Made by a program: the position numbers and the translations under genes. Source: PVC group bacterium (GTDB lineage: Bacteria; Verrucomicrobiota; Kiritimatiellia; CAIKKV01; CAITUY01). Taken from it: a stretch of 64,000 nt of DNA. The notes below the pieces were generated by a model. The model made no database searches. It saw only the letters and a list, made by a program, of their open reading frames with translations, and was not told where the DNA came from. The stretch is taken from contig CAMDCX010000002.1 of the NCBI GenBank assembly GCA_945890715.1, positions 11,869-75,868 on the forward strand, given 5' to 3'. This document shows, in pieces, positions 35,664-44,197 of this stretch (within the stretch, counting starts at the first letter, position 1; every line of letters begins with the position of its first letter).

Positions 35664-37909
35664 AGAAAACTATTTTCGGGGTAGGGGGAGTGCTGATCGC
35701 GGGGGTGACGATCGGGCTGATGGTGATGGTCAGGCTTAATCCGGAACCGTCCTCCGGCTTCACAGGATCCCGAAGTTGCCGGAGCTGTCATGAGAGCTTC
35801 TATCAGAAGTGGTCAACCTCGCACCACGGACTGGCCATGCAGCCTTATACCCCCGCCTTTGCCCGAACCAATTTGCTCCCCCAGACGGGCGCGATTTCGA
35901 TTGGCGGGAAAGCCTATCGCTATCTCATGGAGCGCGGCGTGGTTCGTGAAACCGGACCGAGAGGAACCCGCGATTATCGGATGGTTCATGTCATGGGCGG
36001 GAAGAATGTCTTCTATTTCCTCACGCCGTTGGATCGGGGAAAACTCCAGGTCTTGCCCCTCGCGTTCGATGTGAAGAAGAAAATCTGGTATGACAATCCG
36101 GGAAGCGGGGTCCGGCATTTCGCTGGACGGCAGGATGAGGCGCTGGATTGGACGGACCGGCTCTATACCTTCAATACCGCTTGTTTCGGGTGTCATGTGA
36201 GCCAGCTTGCCACCCGCTATGATATCACCAAGGATGCGTATCACACCATCTGGACCGAGCCGGGTATCAATTGTGAAACCTGTCATGGGCCGGGTGATGA
36301 GCATGTTCGTGTCTGCCAGGCGGCGCCCACCAATCAGCCGCCCAAGGATCTGAAGATCATCAGCACCACGGGCATGACCCCTGTGCAACGCAATGATCTT
36401 TGCGCTCCTTGCCACGCGAGACTATCGCCTCTTACGGGAGCTTTTACGCCTGGTAATCGTTTTTTCGACCACTTTGACCTCGTGGGTCTGGAGCATCCGG
36501 ATTTTTATCCTGACGGACGTGATCTGGGGGAAAATTACACCATGACCGGATGGATGTTGAGCCCCTGTGCTCGGAAAGGAACACTTGATTGCCTCCACTG
36601 CCACACCTCGAGCGGCCGGTATCGCTTCTCCGGAGCCGACGCCAACAAGGCCTGTAGCTCCTGTCATGAGGCTCGCGTTAAGGAAGGATCCGCCCATACT
36701 CATCACGAACCCGGCTCCAAGGGAAGTGAGTGTGTGTCATGCCATATGCCTACAACCTCCTTTGCCAACATGCGCCGCAGTGACCATTCTATGCGGCCTC
36801 CCATGCCCGAGTCAGCCATCGCCTTCGGGTCAACACTGTCCTGCCTGAATTGCCACCCCGACAAGACGGCCGCCTGGGCTCTGGATGAGGTTCGGGAGTG
36901 GCATCCGGAAAGCAAGGTGGCGGCCCCCACTCTGTATTGGGCAGGACTCATTGAAGCGGCGCGTCGGGAGGACTGGACACGCCTTCCGGAAATGCTTCAT
37001 TACATTCAACGGACAAACCGGGAAGAGGCCGTATCGGCCGCGTTGCTACGTCTTTTCGGGACTTGTCCGGATGCGGCCAAGTGGCCGGTGTTGAAGACGG
37101 TGGCGCTGTCGGATCCTTCGCCCTATGTGCGTGCGGCCGCGGTTGAGGCGTGTCAGGGGAACTTGGTGCCTGATGTGGTGGCGGTGTTGCTGAAGGCGGT
37201 TCGGGATGAATACCGGCTGGTTCGTGTGCGGTCAGCTCTGGTGCTGGCGGCATTGCCACGCGAAAGTCTGGGCGTTGGGGATTGTGCGGCGCTCGACAAA
37301 GCGACGGCTGAACTGGAAACGTCGCTTCGTATCCGCTCGGATGATGCCGGAGCCCACTATAACCTCGGAAATTATCATGTGGCGCGACGTGACGTCACCA
37401 ATGCCCTGGGCGATTATGAAGCCTCCATTCAGTTGCGGGGCGATTTTCTGCCGGCACGGGTCAACCTGTCCTCATTGTTGAACTCGTTGGGTCGGAACGA
37501 GGAGGCGGAGCGGCACCTTCGCGAGGCCGTGCGCCTTGCCCCCAGCAATGCCGCAGTCCGCCTCAACGTTGCCCTGTTGCTGGGCGAAGTCGACCGGTTA
37601 TCGGAAGCCCGTTCGGAATACCTGAAGGTGCTTCAACTCGAGCCCACGAATGCCGTGGCCGCGTACAACCTGGCCGTTATTGCGGGGGCCTCCAGTCTTG
37701 TGGACGCGATCCGGTGGTCTGGCAAGGCGACGGCGTGGCGCCCTCAGGAACCCCGTTACGCCTACACGCATGCCTATTATCTCATGATTGCGGGAAACCC
37801 CCTGTCGGCAGCGACGGTTTTGCAGGAACTTCTTGCGAAAAATCCCGGATATACGGAAGCCCGTCAGCTGTTGCGTGAATGCCAGAGGGCGGCGGCGAGC
37901 CGTCCTTGA
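35660..37909 (+). CDS. Octaheme c-type cytochrome fused to HEAT-like and TPR repeats
   Basis: Eight CxxCH motifs (CRSCH, CFGCH, CETCH, CAPCH, CLHCH, CSSCH, CVSCH, CLNCH). N-terminal TM/signal [22 protein letters not shown]. The C-terminal half carries HEAT-like (DPSPYVRAAAVEA) and TPR repeats. GTG start at 35660 (or 35651) overlaps the lon stop. Confidence 0.8.
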   Translation: MKKTIFGVGGVLIAGVTIGLMVMVRLNPEPSSGFTGSRSCRSCHESFYQKWSTSHHGLAMQPYTPAFARTNLLPQTGAISIGGKAYRYLMERGVVRETGPRGTRDYRMVHVMGGKNVFYFLTPLDRGKLQVLPLAFDVKKKIWYDNPGSGVRHFAGRQDEALDWTDRLYTFNTACFGCHVSQLATRYDITKDAYHTIWTEPGINCETCHGPGDEHVRVCQAAPTNQPPKDLKIISTTGMTPVQRNDLCAPCHARLSPLTGAFTPGNRFFDHFDLVGLEHPDFYPDGRDLGENYTMTGWMLSPCARKGTLDCLHCHTSSGRYRFSGADANKACSSCHEARVKEGSAHTHHEPGSKGSECVSCHMPTTSFANMRRSDHSMRPPMPESAIAFGSTLSCLNCHPDKTAAWALDEVREWHPESKVAAPTLYWAGLIEAARREDWTRLPEMLHYIQRTNREEAVSAALLRLFGTCPDAAKWPVLKTVALSDPSPYVRAAAVEACQGNLVPDVVAVLLKAVRDEYRLVRVRSALVLAALPRESLGVGDCAALDKATAELETSLRIRSDDAGAHYNLGNYHVARRDVTNALGDYEASIQLRGDFLPARVNLSSLLNSLGRNEEAERHLREAVRLAPSNAAVRLNVALLLGEVDRLSEARSEYLKVLQLEPTNAVAAYNLAVIAGASSLVDAIRWSGKATAWRPQEPRYAYTHAYYLMIAGNPLSAATVLQELLAKNPGYTEARQLLRECQRAAASRP

Positions 37910-37941
37910 GGATCGTTGTGTTTTTCCTATCGGCAAAGTTC

Positions 37942-37969
37942 TTGATTCGGAAAGTTTGACGTCTATACT
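37942..37969 (+). promoter_or_regulatory. Candidate sigma70-type promoter for serA
   Basis: TTGATT (37942-37947), 16-nt spacer, TATACT (37964-37969), about 66 nt upstream of the serA ATG. Confidence 0.4.
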
Positions 37970-38035
37970 CCATGGGCGTGTTGTATTGCATCGCCGGGGA
38001 GATTTCGACCGGACAGTCTAACTCAGGAGACCATC

Positions 38036-39613
38036 ATGAAAAAAGTTCTGATTCCGACCAAGCTCGACAAAGTCGCCCATGAGATTCTCAAGGCCAACGG
38101 CCATTACGAGGTTCATCAGGATGACGGCGGTGATGTGGTGGCGCTGGCCGCCAAGCACCCGGACGCCTATGCCCTGATTGTCCGTAGCGAGGCGGTTACC
38201 GCCGAGATCATGGACAAGCTTCCCCTGCTGAAGGTTGTGATCCGTGCGGGGGCAGGCTACAACACCATCGACATCAAGACGGCCCGGAAAAAAGGCATTG
38301 ATGTGATGAATACCCCCGGCGCGAATTCCAATGGCGTGGCCGAGGAAGTGATCGCCCTGATGCTGGCCGATGCCCGTCACGTGATCAAGGCCGATGCCTC
38401 CTGCCGCGCTGGCGATTGGGAGAAGAAGGCGTTCATGGGGCGAGAAGTGGCCGGAAAGATCGTGGGCATTGTGGGTCTCGGCAATATCGGGCGCCTGGTG
38501 GTAAAACGATTGTCGGGATTCGACTGCAAATTTCTGGGCTATGATCCCCTGATTTCCGCCGAGCGGGCGGCGGCCATGGATGTGGAATTGGTTGATCTTG
38601 AAACGTTGTTCAGTCGGGCGGATTATATTTCCCTGCACATCCCTGAAACCCCCGAAACCAAGAAGCTGGTGGGCGTCAAACTTCTGAGTCTGATGAAGAA
38701 GGGGGCGACCATCATCAACTGCGCCAGGGCGGGTGTGATTGATGAGGATGCCTTGCGCAAAACCAAGGCGGAAAAGGGGTTGCGATTCCTGAATGATGTC
38801 TACCCTAAGGATGAGGCCGGGCCGAAGACGGTTGTGGATATAGCCGATATCATGGTTCCCCATCTGGGCGCCAGCACGAAAGAAGCGAACGCCATGGCGG
38901 CTCGTCGATCAGCCGAGCAGTTGATCGAGTTGGATGAGAAGGGGGTCACATCCTACATCGTCAACCGCGATATTCCAGAGGGCTTGGACGAGGCCTATTG
39001 TATGCTGGCCAATACCATTGCCCGTGTTGCCCTCCATGTCATGGGGAAGGACGCAAACCTGAAACAGATCGAGACCAGTTGTTACGGTTCGCTTAAGCCC
39101 TACGGTGATTGGCTGATTGTTCCGGTGGTCTCTGCGCTCTGGAACGAATTCGACCGGTCCATGGATTCCAAGGCGGCGCAGCATTTCCTGAAAGGGCGCG
39201 GAATTGACTACCAGAATCGTGAGACGGATGCGAAGAAGGGGTTTGCAAATTCCATGACGGTGGATCTGACTGGAAGCGTTGATGTGTCAACCTTGCGGCA
39301 GGTGAGCGTTCGCGGAACCGTGGCCGAGGGCACCATCATGATTTCCCGGATCAATCAGTTTGAGAAACTTTATTTTGAGCCGAGCGGGCATGTGGTCTGT
39401 TTCCAGTACAAGGATCGGCCGGGCGTGGTGGGTCATGTGGGGGCGGCTCTGGCGGATGCCAGCCTGAACATCGAGGATGTCCGGCACTCACATCATCCCC
39501 AGACCGATCAGTCCATGGCCATCTTCAGGCTCAATGCTCCGGCTCCAGCCGCCGTGATTCAGAAGATCGCCCGTGAAATCAAGGCCGTTATGGCCTTCGG
39601 TGCCACCCTGTAA
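38036..39613 (+). CDS. serA: D-3-phosphoglycerate dehydrogenase (long form with ASB and ACT domains)
   Basis: 2-hydroxyacid dehydrogenase motifs (GIVGLGNIGRLV, NCARAG, HLGAST); 525 aa with a C-terminal ACT-like segment. Confidence 0.88.
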   Translation: MKKVLIPTKLDKVAHEILKANGHYEVHQDDGGDVVALAAKHPDAYALIVRSEAVTAEIMDKLPLLKVVIRAGAGYNTIDIKTARKKGIDVMNTPGANSNGVAEEVIALMLADARHVIKADASCRAGDWEKKAFMGREVAGKIVGIVGLGNIGRLVVKRLSGFDCKFLGYDPLISAERAAAMDVELVDLETLFSRADYISLHIPETPETKKLVGVKLLSLMKKGATIINCARAGVIDEDALRKTKAEKGLRFLNDVYPKDEAGPKTVVDIADIMVPHLGASTKEANAMAARRSAEQLIELDEKGVTSYIVNRDIPEGLDEAYCMLANTIARVALHVMGKDANLKQIETSCYGSLKPYGDWLIVPVVSALWNEFDRSMDSKAAQHFLKGRGIDYQNRETDAKKGFANSMTVDLTGSVDVSTLRQVSVRGTVAEGTIMISRINQFEKLYFEPSGHVVCFQYKDRPGVVGHVGAALADASLNIEDVRHSHHPQTDQSMAIFRLNAPAPAAVIQKIAREIKAVMAFGATL

Positions 39614-39631
39614 CGGCGCAGACGGAAAGAG

Positions 39632-39930
39632 AAGACTGACCACGGAGGAGACGGAGGGTTGAGGGAGAGGAAGAGAAGGAAAATGTTTACGGCATTTTAT
39701 GCGGCGGGAGTACCCGCCACATAAAATGCCGCAAACACCGTCCCCGGAGGAAGAGCAGACGAGGAAGGTTTTAATCGTGCGAAGCGCCACTGGAGTGGCC
39801 TGCTTTTCCCCTATTCCTCACGGGAGGTGTTTTGCGATTTTTCAAAATGGTGTACCCGCCATTTTGAAAGATCGCAAAACATTTTCTTCCTCTCCCTCAA
39901 CCCTCCGTCGACTCCGTGGTAGATCGTCTT
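39632..39930. repeat. ~300-bp nested palindromic element (outer ~50-nt imperfect inverted repeats enclosing two long hairpins)
   Basis: Outer arms 39632-39688 and 39877-39930 pair with one 6-nt indel and a few mismatches. Hairpin 1 is 39691-39730 (17/18 bp, loop AGTA). Hairpin 2 is 39829-39880 (21/22 bp). Both hairpins contain the identical decamer GTACCCGCCA. Confidence 0.85.
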
Positions 39931-41770
39931 ATTCCGCTTCGGGGAAGAGCATGGAATTGCTGAATTCGAGGTGGAAGTCGGGGTCGAGCGATAGATCGAC
40001 ATGGCGGACTTGTCCGACTACCCGGGCTGCGTAGTCTTTTTCCTGAGTTGAAAGCAGAACCCGCTTGGCTCCAAAGGATGAGGTGTTGCCCACGAAGCGG
40101 ATCTTGTCGCAGGGGATGGGCGGTAGCATGCCAATGCGGCGGGCATGATTCCGCCGGATGAAATTGCCGAAGCCGCCCGCCAGCAGGATGGCCCCCAGCT
40201 GTGAGGCCTCAAGCCCCGCCATTTTCAGGAGAATGTTGATTCCAGCTCGAATGGCGGCATTGGCCAGTTGCAACTCCCGGATGTCGCGTTGATAAAGAAA
40301 AATGGGGGAGCCGGTGGCTGATTCTGTTTTGGGGACGAGTAGAAAATGGGTTTCCCCCTTGTCCGCCACCAGTCGGTCACGCAGCGCGGAGGGCAGTGTT
40401 GCCGGAATCTCATCGGGCGGCAGAATCCGACCGGTGACATCCAGAATCCCGACCCGCAACAGCTCTGCCGCGATGTCAATCAGACCCGTTCCGCAGAGAC
40501 CGGCCGGCTTTGTGTTTCCGATGACGTTGAGTTTGACGTCCCCGTCGAGGATGACTTTCTCGATGGCACCACTTGTTGCCCGCATGCCATTGGTGATACG
40601 GGCGCCCTCAAAGGCCGGGCCGGCTGCCACGGAGGTGGCCAGCAGTAACGAGCCGTGTTTCAGGACAATTTCCCCGTTGGTTCCGATATCCACCAGAAGG
40701 GTGGGTTCCGTGGTGCGGTCGAGGCGGGTGGCGACAATGCCGGCTGTGGTGTCGCCCCCGACAAATCCCCCGATCTGCGGGAAGACGGTGATTTTGGCGC
40801 AGGGATGGACATGAAGTGGAAGATCCCTGGCGGTAAATTCGAGTGCATCCCGGAAGGCAGGGGTAAAGGGGAGTTCCCCCAGCGCCGAGGGATCAATTCC
40901 ACAGAGCATTTGCTGCATGGTGGTGTTCCCGGCGAAGACGACCTCATAGACGGACAGGCGGCTGATGCGGGTTTTCCGTTCCAGTTCGTCAATGATCCGG
41001 TTGATTCCGTCCAGAATAGCCGACTGCAGTTGCATCAGTCCGCCCTTTTCACCCCGGCATTTTTGGATTCGCGAGATGACGTCATCTCCGAACGAGGTTT
41101 GTGGATTGACCCGTGCGGCGACCGCGATATCGATTCCTGTCAGGAGATCCACCAGGGTTCCCACCAGAGTGGTGCTGCCAATGTCAAAAGCAATTCCATA
41201 GCAAGAGGATGAGGTGTCGCCGGGTTCCAGGGCGATTACATCCTGATCCGCTTGGACGACAGTCAGGAGGCCGTTGGAGGAACGCAGGACATTCGGCAGG
41301 GATTGGAGCGCCAAAAAGGTCAGTGGCACTGAGACTCCTGCAGCCTGAAGGCGTTCGAGATCGGAGCGGGTTTCGTGAGGGGAGAGAGGCGGAATTTGAA
41401 TGACTGTTTTGCGGACGCGCGGGTTGACGTCACGCGTCTCGCCGGTGTCACCGGTCAGGATTTTCTGATGGGTTTGAAACAGGGAGTTTTCCGGGATTTC
41501 GATGGTGATCGGGCCCGTAATGCGGGCTAAACAGGCCAGGCGGAATCCCTCCTCGGTGCGAGCTTTTCCAAGAGCCGTGAGTTCCTGTTCCGTTGCCGGG
41601 CACTTTCCGTTTCGGATCAGGATGATACATTTGGCGCATTTTCCCGTTCCACCGCAGGGGGTGTGAATGATGAATCCAGCCAGGGCGGCGGCCTCAAGAA
41701 TGACGGTTCCGGGCAGGGCGTGAACGATCCGTCCGGAGGGCTGAAAGATGATTTTAACTTCCTTGCTCAT
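39929..41770 (-). CDS. 2Fe-2S ferredoxin + ASKHA ATPase fusion (RACo / corrinoid-activation-like, DUF4445-type)
   Basis: N-terminal plant-type ferredoxin pattern (HTPCGGTGKCAKCIILI...LACLA) followed by an actin-like ATPase fold (GIAFDIGSTTLV, LLVDIGTNGEI). The ATG at 41770 overlaps the upstream stop (ATGA). Confidence 0.7.
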   Translation of the reverse strand: MSKEVKIIFQPSGRIVHALPGTVILEAAALAGFIIHTPCGGTGKCAKCIILIRNGKCPATEQELTALGKARTEEGFRLACLARITGPITIEIPENSLFQTHQKILTGDTGETRDVNPRVRKTVIQIPPLSPHETRSDLERLQAAGVSVPLTFLALQSLPNVLRSSNGLLTVVQADQDVIALEPGDTSSSCYGIAFDIGSTTLVGTLVDLLTGIDIAVAARVNPQTSFGDDVISRIQKCRGEKGGLMQLQSAILDGINRIIDELERKTRISRLSVYEVVFAGNTTMQQMLCGIDPSALGELPFTPAFRDALEFTARDLPLHVHPCAKITVFPQIGGFVGGDTTAGIVATRLDRTTEPTLLVDIGTNGEIVLKHGSLLLATSVAAGPAFEGARITNGMRATSGAIEKVILDGDVKLNVIGNTKPAGLCGTGLIDIAAELLRVGILDVTGRILPPDEIPATLPSALRDRLVADKGETHFLLVPKTESATGSPIFLYQRDIRELQLANAAIRAGINILLKMAGLEASQLGAILLAGGFGNFIRRNHARRIGMLPPIPCDKIRFVGNTSSFGAKRVLLSTQEKDYAARVVGQVRHVDLSLDPDFHLEFSNSMLFPEAE

Positions 41771-42729
41771 GGGCCGCGGCTTTTGGAGGAGGCTTTCATC
41801 AGCCACTGGCCGCGTTCAAATCCCTGCCCTTCGACGGGTTTTGCGTAGGAAACCTTGTCATCAACCTGGATAATCCTGACGGTTCCTATTTTGGTTCCGG
41901 GAACGAAGGTCAGAATATCACCGGTGGTGGGGTCGGTTACCGGTTCTGCCGGGCCCCGGACTGTGTACTCGGTATCGACCCGGAAATCCCGGTCTTTTCC
42001 GCCGTTGACGAAAAGAATGCCATTCCGGAGGCAGCTCACCATCGGGCGCCAGCGGGTTTCAGGCATATCCCGGCTCAGTTGCTTGACTCCGCCATAAATG
42101 GCGCGGGCCGTGGCCCTGCCTAGCGGAGTTTCAAAAAAGATATCCCCTCCGAACGAAACGCCCTCGTAGGAGGCCTTGACGAAGGCCTCGCTGGTTCGAA
42201 CGATTCCCGCGCTTTGGACGGCACTCAGGATTTGGCCGGTCTCCACATCCACGAGAGTGAGGGTGAGCGCTACGCGGGCGGTATGGCTGCGACCGAGCAG
42301 GAAAAGAGTGCGGAGAAATGAGAGGGAGAAACTGCTCCCGCCTGTATGGGAGAAATCATTCACCACTCCGCGAATCAGGTATTGCGCATTTTTCATGCGG
42401 CCGAGCTGGGTTTTTCCCTCCGGCCGGAAAAGCCCGCTCTGTTGACGGCTCAATTCGCCTGATATTTTTTCAAAATGTTGTCGTTCAACAACGACAAAAT
42501 TACGCGACAGAACCAGTTCCGAAACCAGGAGATCCGCCATGCCGTCGCCCAATTTCCATTGTCCGTCAAACCCGGCGCGGTTGTCGAAGGAGGTCACGGC
42601 CACTACCGGAGCATGCCGTTCTTCCGGGAGAGGGGGAATCGAATCCACCAGGGTCATGTTGCATCCGGCGAACAGAAGCCCGAGGGCAACGCTCACCATG
42701 GCTTTTTCAGGTGCTTTCATTGAAGTCAT
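41767..42729 (-). CDS. CsgG-family lipoprotein with C-terminal beta-rich extension
   Basis: Lipobox LLFAGC. CsgG-like core (VAVTSFDNRAG...LGDGMADLLVSELVLSRNFVVVERQHFEKI...AQYLIRGVVNDF...LTLVDVETGQIL). Extra ~90-aa C-terminal domain. Confidence 0.65.
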   Translation of the reverse strand: MTSMKAPEKAMVSVALGLLFAGCNMTLVDSIPPLPEERHAPVVAVTSFDNRAGFDGQWKLGDGMADLLVSELVLSRNFVVVERQHFEKISGELSRQQSGLFRPEGKTQLGRMKNAQYLIRGVVNDFSHTGGSSFSLSFLRTLFLLGRSHTARVALTLTLVDVETGQILSAVQSAGIVRTSEAFVKASYEGVSFGGDIFFETPLGRATARAIYGGVKQLSRDMPETRWRPMVSCLRNGILFVNGGKDRDFRVDTEYTVRGPAEPVTDPTTGDILTFVPGTKIGTVRIIQVDDKVSYAKPVEGQGFERGQWLMKASSKSRGP

Positions 42730-42802
42730 TATGTCTACACCAATCGACCCGGGTAAAACAACTCATTTAACCCGGGAATCAGGGTGGGAAGCGCATCTTA
42801 AC

Positions 42803-42832
42803 TTGATTGCATGGTTTTTTGCGTGGTATACA
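42803..42832 (+). promoter_or_regulatory. Candidate promoter for the hexokinase gene (extended -10)
   Basis: TTGATT (42803-42808), 18-nt spacer, TGgTATACA (-10 at 42827-42832). An upstream inverted repeat CCCGGGTAAA...TTTAACCCGGG lies in the divergent region. Confidence 0.35.
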
Positions 42833-42854
42833 GAGCCACCTGTTTGGAGGAAAA

Positions 42855-44189
42855 ATGAAATCATCATTGATTGAGACGCTTGACGGGCAATTTTCGGTTC
42901 CGCTCTCCTGTATGAGGAAAATCAGGAGTTTTGTGGCGAAGGAAATGGACGCCGGGCTCGCCGGCCGGAAAAGTTCGATTGCGATGCTGCCCGCTTATTG
43001 TGATGCTGCGAGCGGCCGGGAGCAGGGGCGTTATCTGGCGCTGGACCTCGGGGGCACCAATTTCAGGGTCATGCTGGTGGAACTTCCCGGTTTCGGGAAA
43101 CCGCCCCGGGTTGTTGCCGAGGCCAAGTATCGGCTGACCCCGGGACAGATCACCGGAACCGGAACCGCGCTTTTTGGGGTGATTGCCGGGTATCTCGGGA
43201 AATTTCTCAAGGATCATGCGATTACCTCTGAAATCGCGCTGGGGTATACCTTTAGTTTTCCCGTTCAACTACTGGGAATTGATGAGGGTATTCTCATGAA
43301 GTGGACCAAGGATTTTTCGGCGTCCGGTGTTGTGGGGAGGAAAGTCGTGGCGATTCAGCGTCAGGCGCTCGTTCAAAAAAAAGTGCGTAACGTGAACATT
43401 GTCGCTCTGGCCAATGATACCGTGGGGACATTACAGGCTCAGGCCGTTCTGGATCCGGATTGCGGAATGGGCGTTATTTTGGGAACCGGATTCAACATTG
43501 CCGTGCGTGTGGCCAGTCGACGGATCAGGAAAGAGACCGGCGCTTATCGCGGCAAAAGCATGATCATCAACATGGAGACCGGAAATTTCAATAAAGTCCT
43601 CCCCCGGAATCACTATGACCGGCGGGTGGATATGGATTCCGGGAATGTGGCACACCAGTTTGCTGAAAAAATGATTGCCGGGAAATACCTGCCGCAACTG
43701 GTCAGGTTGGTGGTGCTGGACCTGATCCGGAAGGATCATTTTTTTGACGGCCATGTGCCGACGGTGTTCTGCGACAAGGAATCGTTTAAAGGTTGGCATA
43801 TGGATGTATTCGAGGCTGGCTCCAAGGAGGCGGTTCAGAAACTTTCACAGGAATTGTTTGGCAGGGAGCTGACCCCGGTGGAGCGGCGGGTGATGGCCCG
43901 GGTGTGCCGACTGGTTTCGCGGCGTTCCGCCCGCATCGCGGCCGCGTTGATTATCGGTGCGCTGACGCGGTTGGAGCGCCGCTCGAAGCAGCGGATGGTC
44001 GTGGCGGTGGACGGCTCTCTTTTTGAGAAATATCCCGGTTACAGCCGGGTGCTGGCCGCCGCGATTCGTGAGTTGGCCGGTCCGGCAGGAAAAGGGATCC
44101 GTTTGAAATTAACCAAAGACGGTTCAGGAATCGGTGCCGCTGTCATTGCCGCTGTGGTGGCCTCAGGGAACACGAATTTGGTTCGGTGA
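42855..44189 (+). CDS. Hexokinase (eukaryote-type hexokinase family)
   Basis: LALDLGGTNFRVMLVEL signature, GFTFSFP-like YTFSFPV, and C-terminal DGSLFEKYPGY...DGSGIGAAV. The ATG at 42855 follows GGAGG. Confidence 0.85.
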   Translation: MKSSLIETLDGQFSVPLSCMRKIRSFVAKEMDAGLAGRKSSIAMLPAYCDAASGREQGRYLALDLGGTNFRVMLVELPGFGKPPRVVAEAKYRLTPGQITGTGTALFGVIAGYLGKFLKDHAITSEIALGYTFSFPVQLLGIDEGILMKWTKDFSASGVVGRKVVAIQRQALVQKKVRNVNIVALANDTVGTLQAQAVLDPDCGMGVILGTGFNIAVRVASRRIRKETGAYRGKSMIINMETGNFNKVLPRNHYDRRVDMDSGNVAHQFAEKMIAGKYLPQLVRLVVLDLIRKDHFFDGHVPTVFCDKESFKGWHMDVFEAGSKEAVQKLSQELFGRELTPVERRVMARVCRLVSRRSARIAAALIIGALTRLERRSKQRMVVAVDGSLFEKYPGYSRVLAAAIRELAGPAGKGIRLKLTKDGSGIGAAVIAAVVASGNTNLVR

Positions 44190-44197
44190 ATTCGATC

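Noticed and set aside
38018-38863. 281-aa minus-strand ORF overlapping serA
   Set aside because: It is antisense to a full-length D-3-phosphoglycerate dehydrogenase with intact NAD-binding motifs.
39488-40034. ORFs of 100 aa (minus, 39488-39790) and 111 aa (plus, 39699-40034) across the palindromic element
   Set aside because: They run through hairpins and inverted repeats and overlap flanking genes. Their mirror-image low-complexity translations (E/G/R versus S/P/L) reflect the palindrome, not coding.
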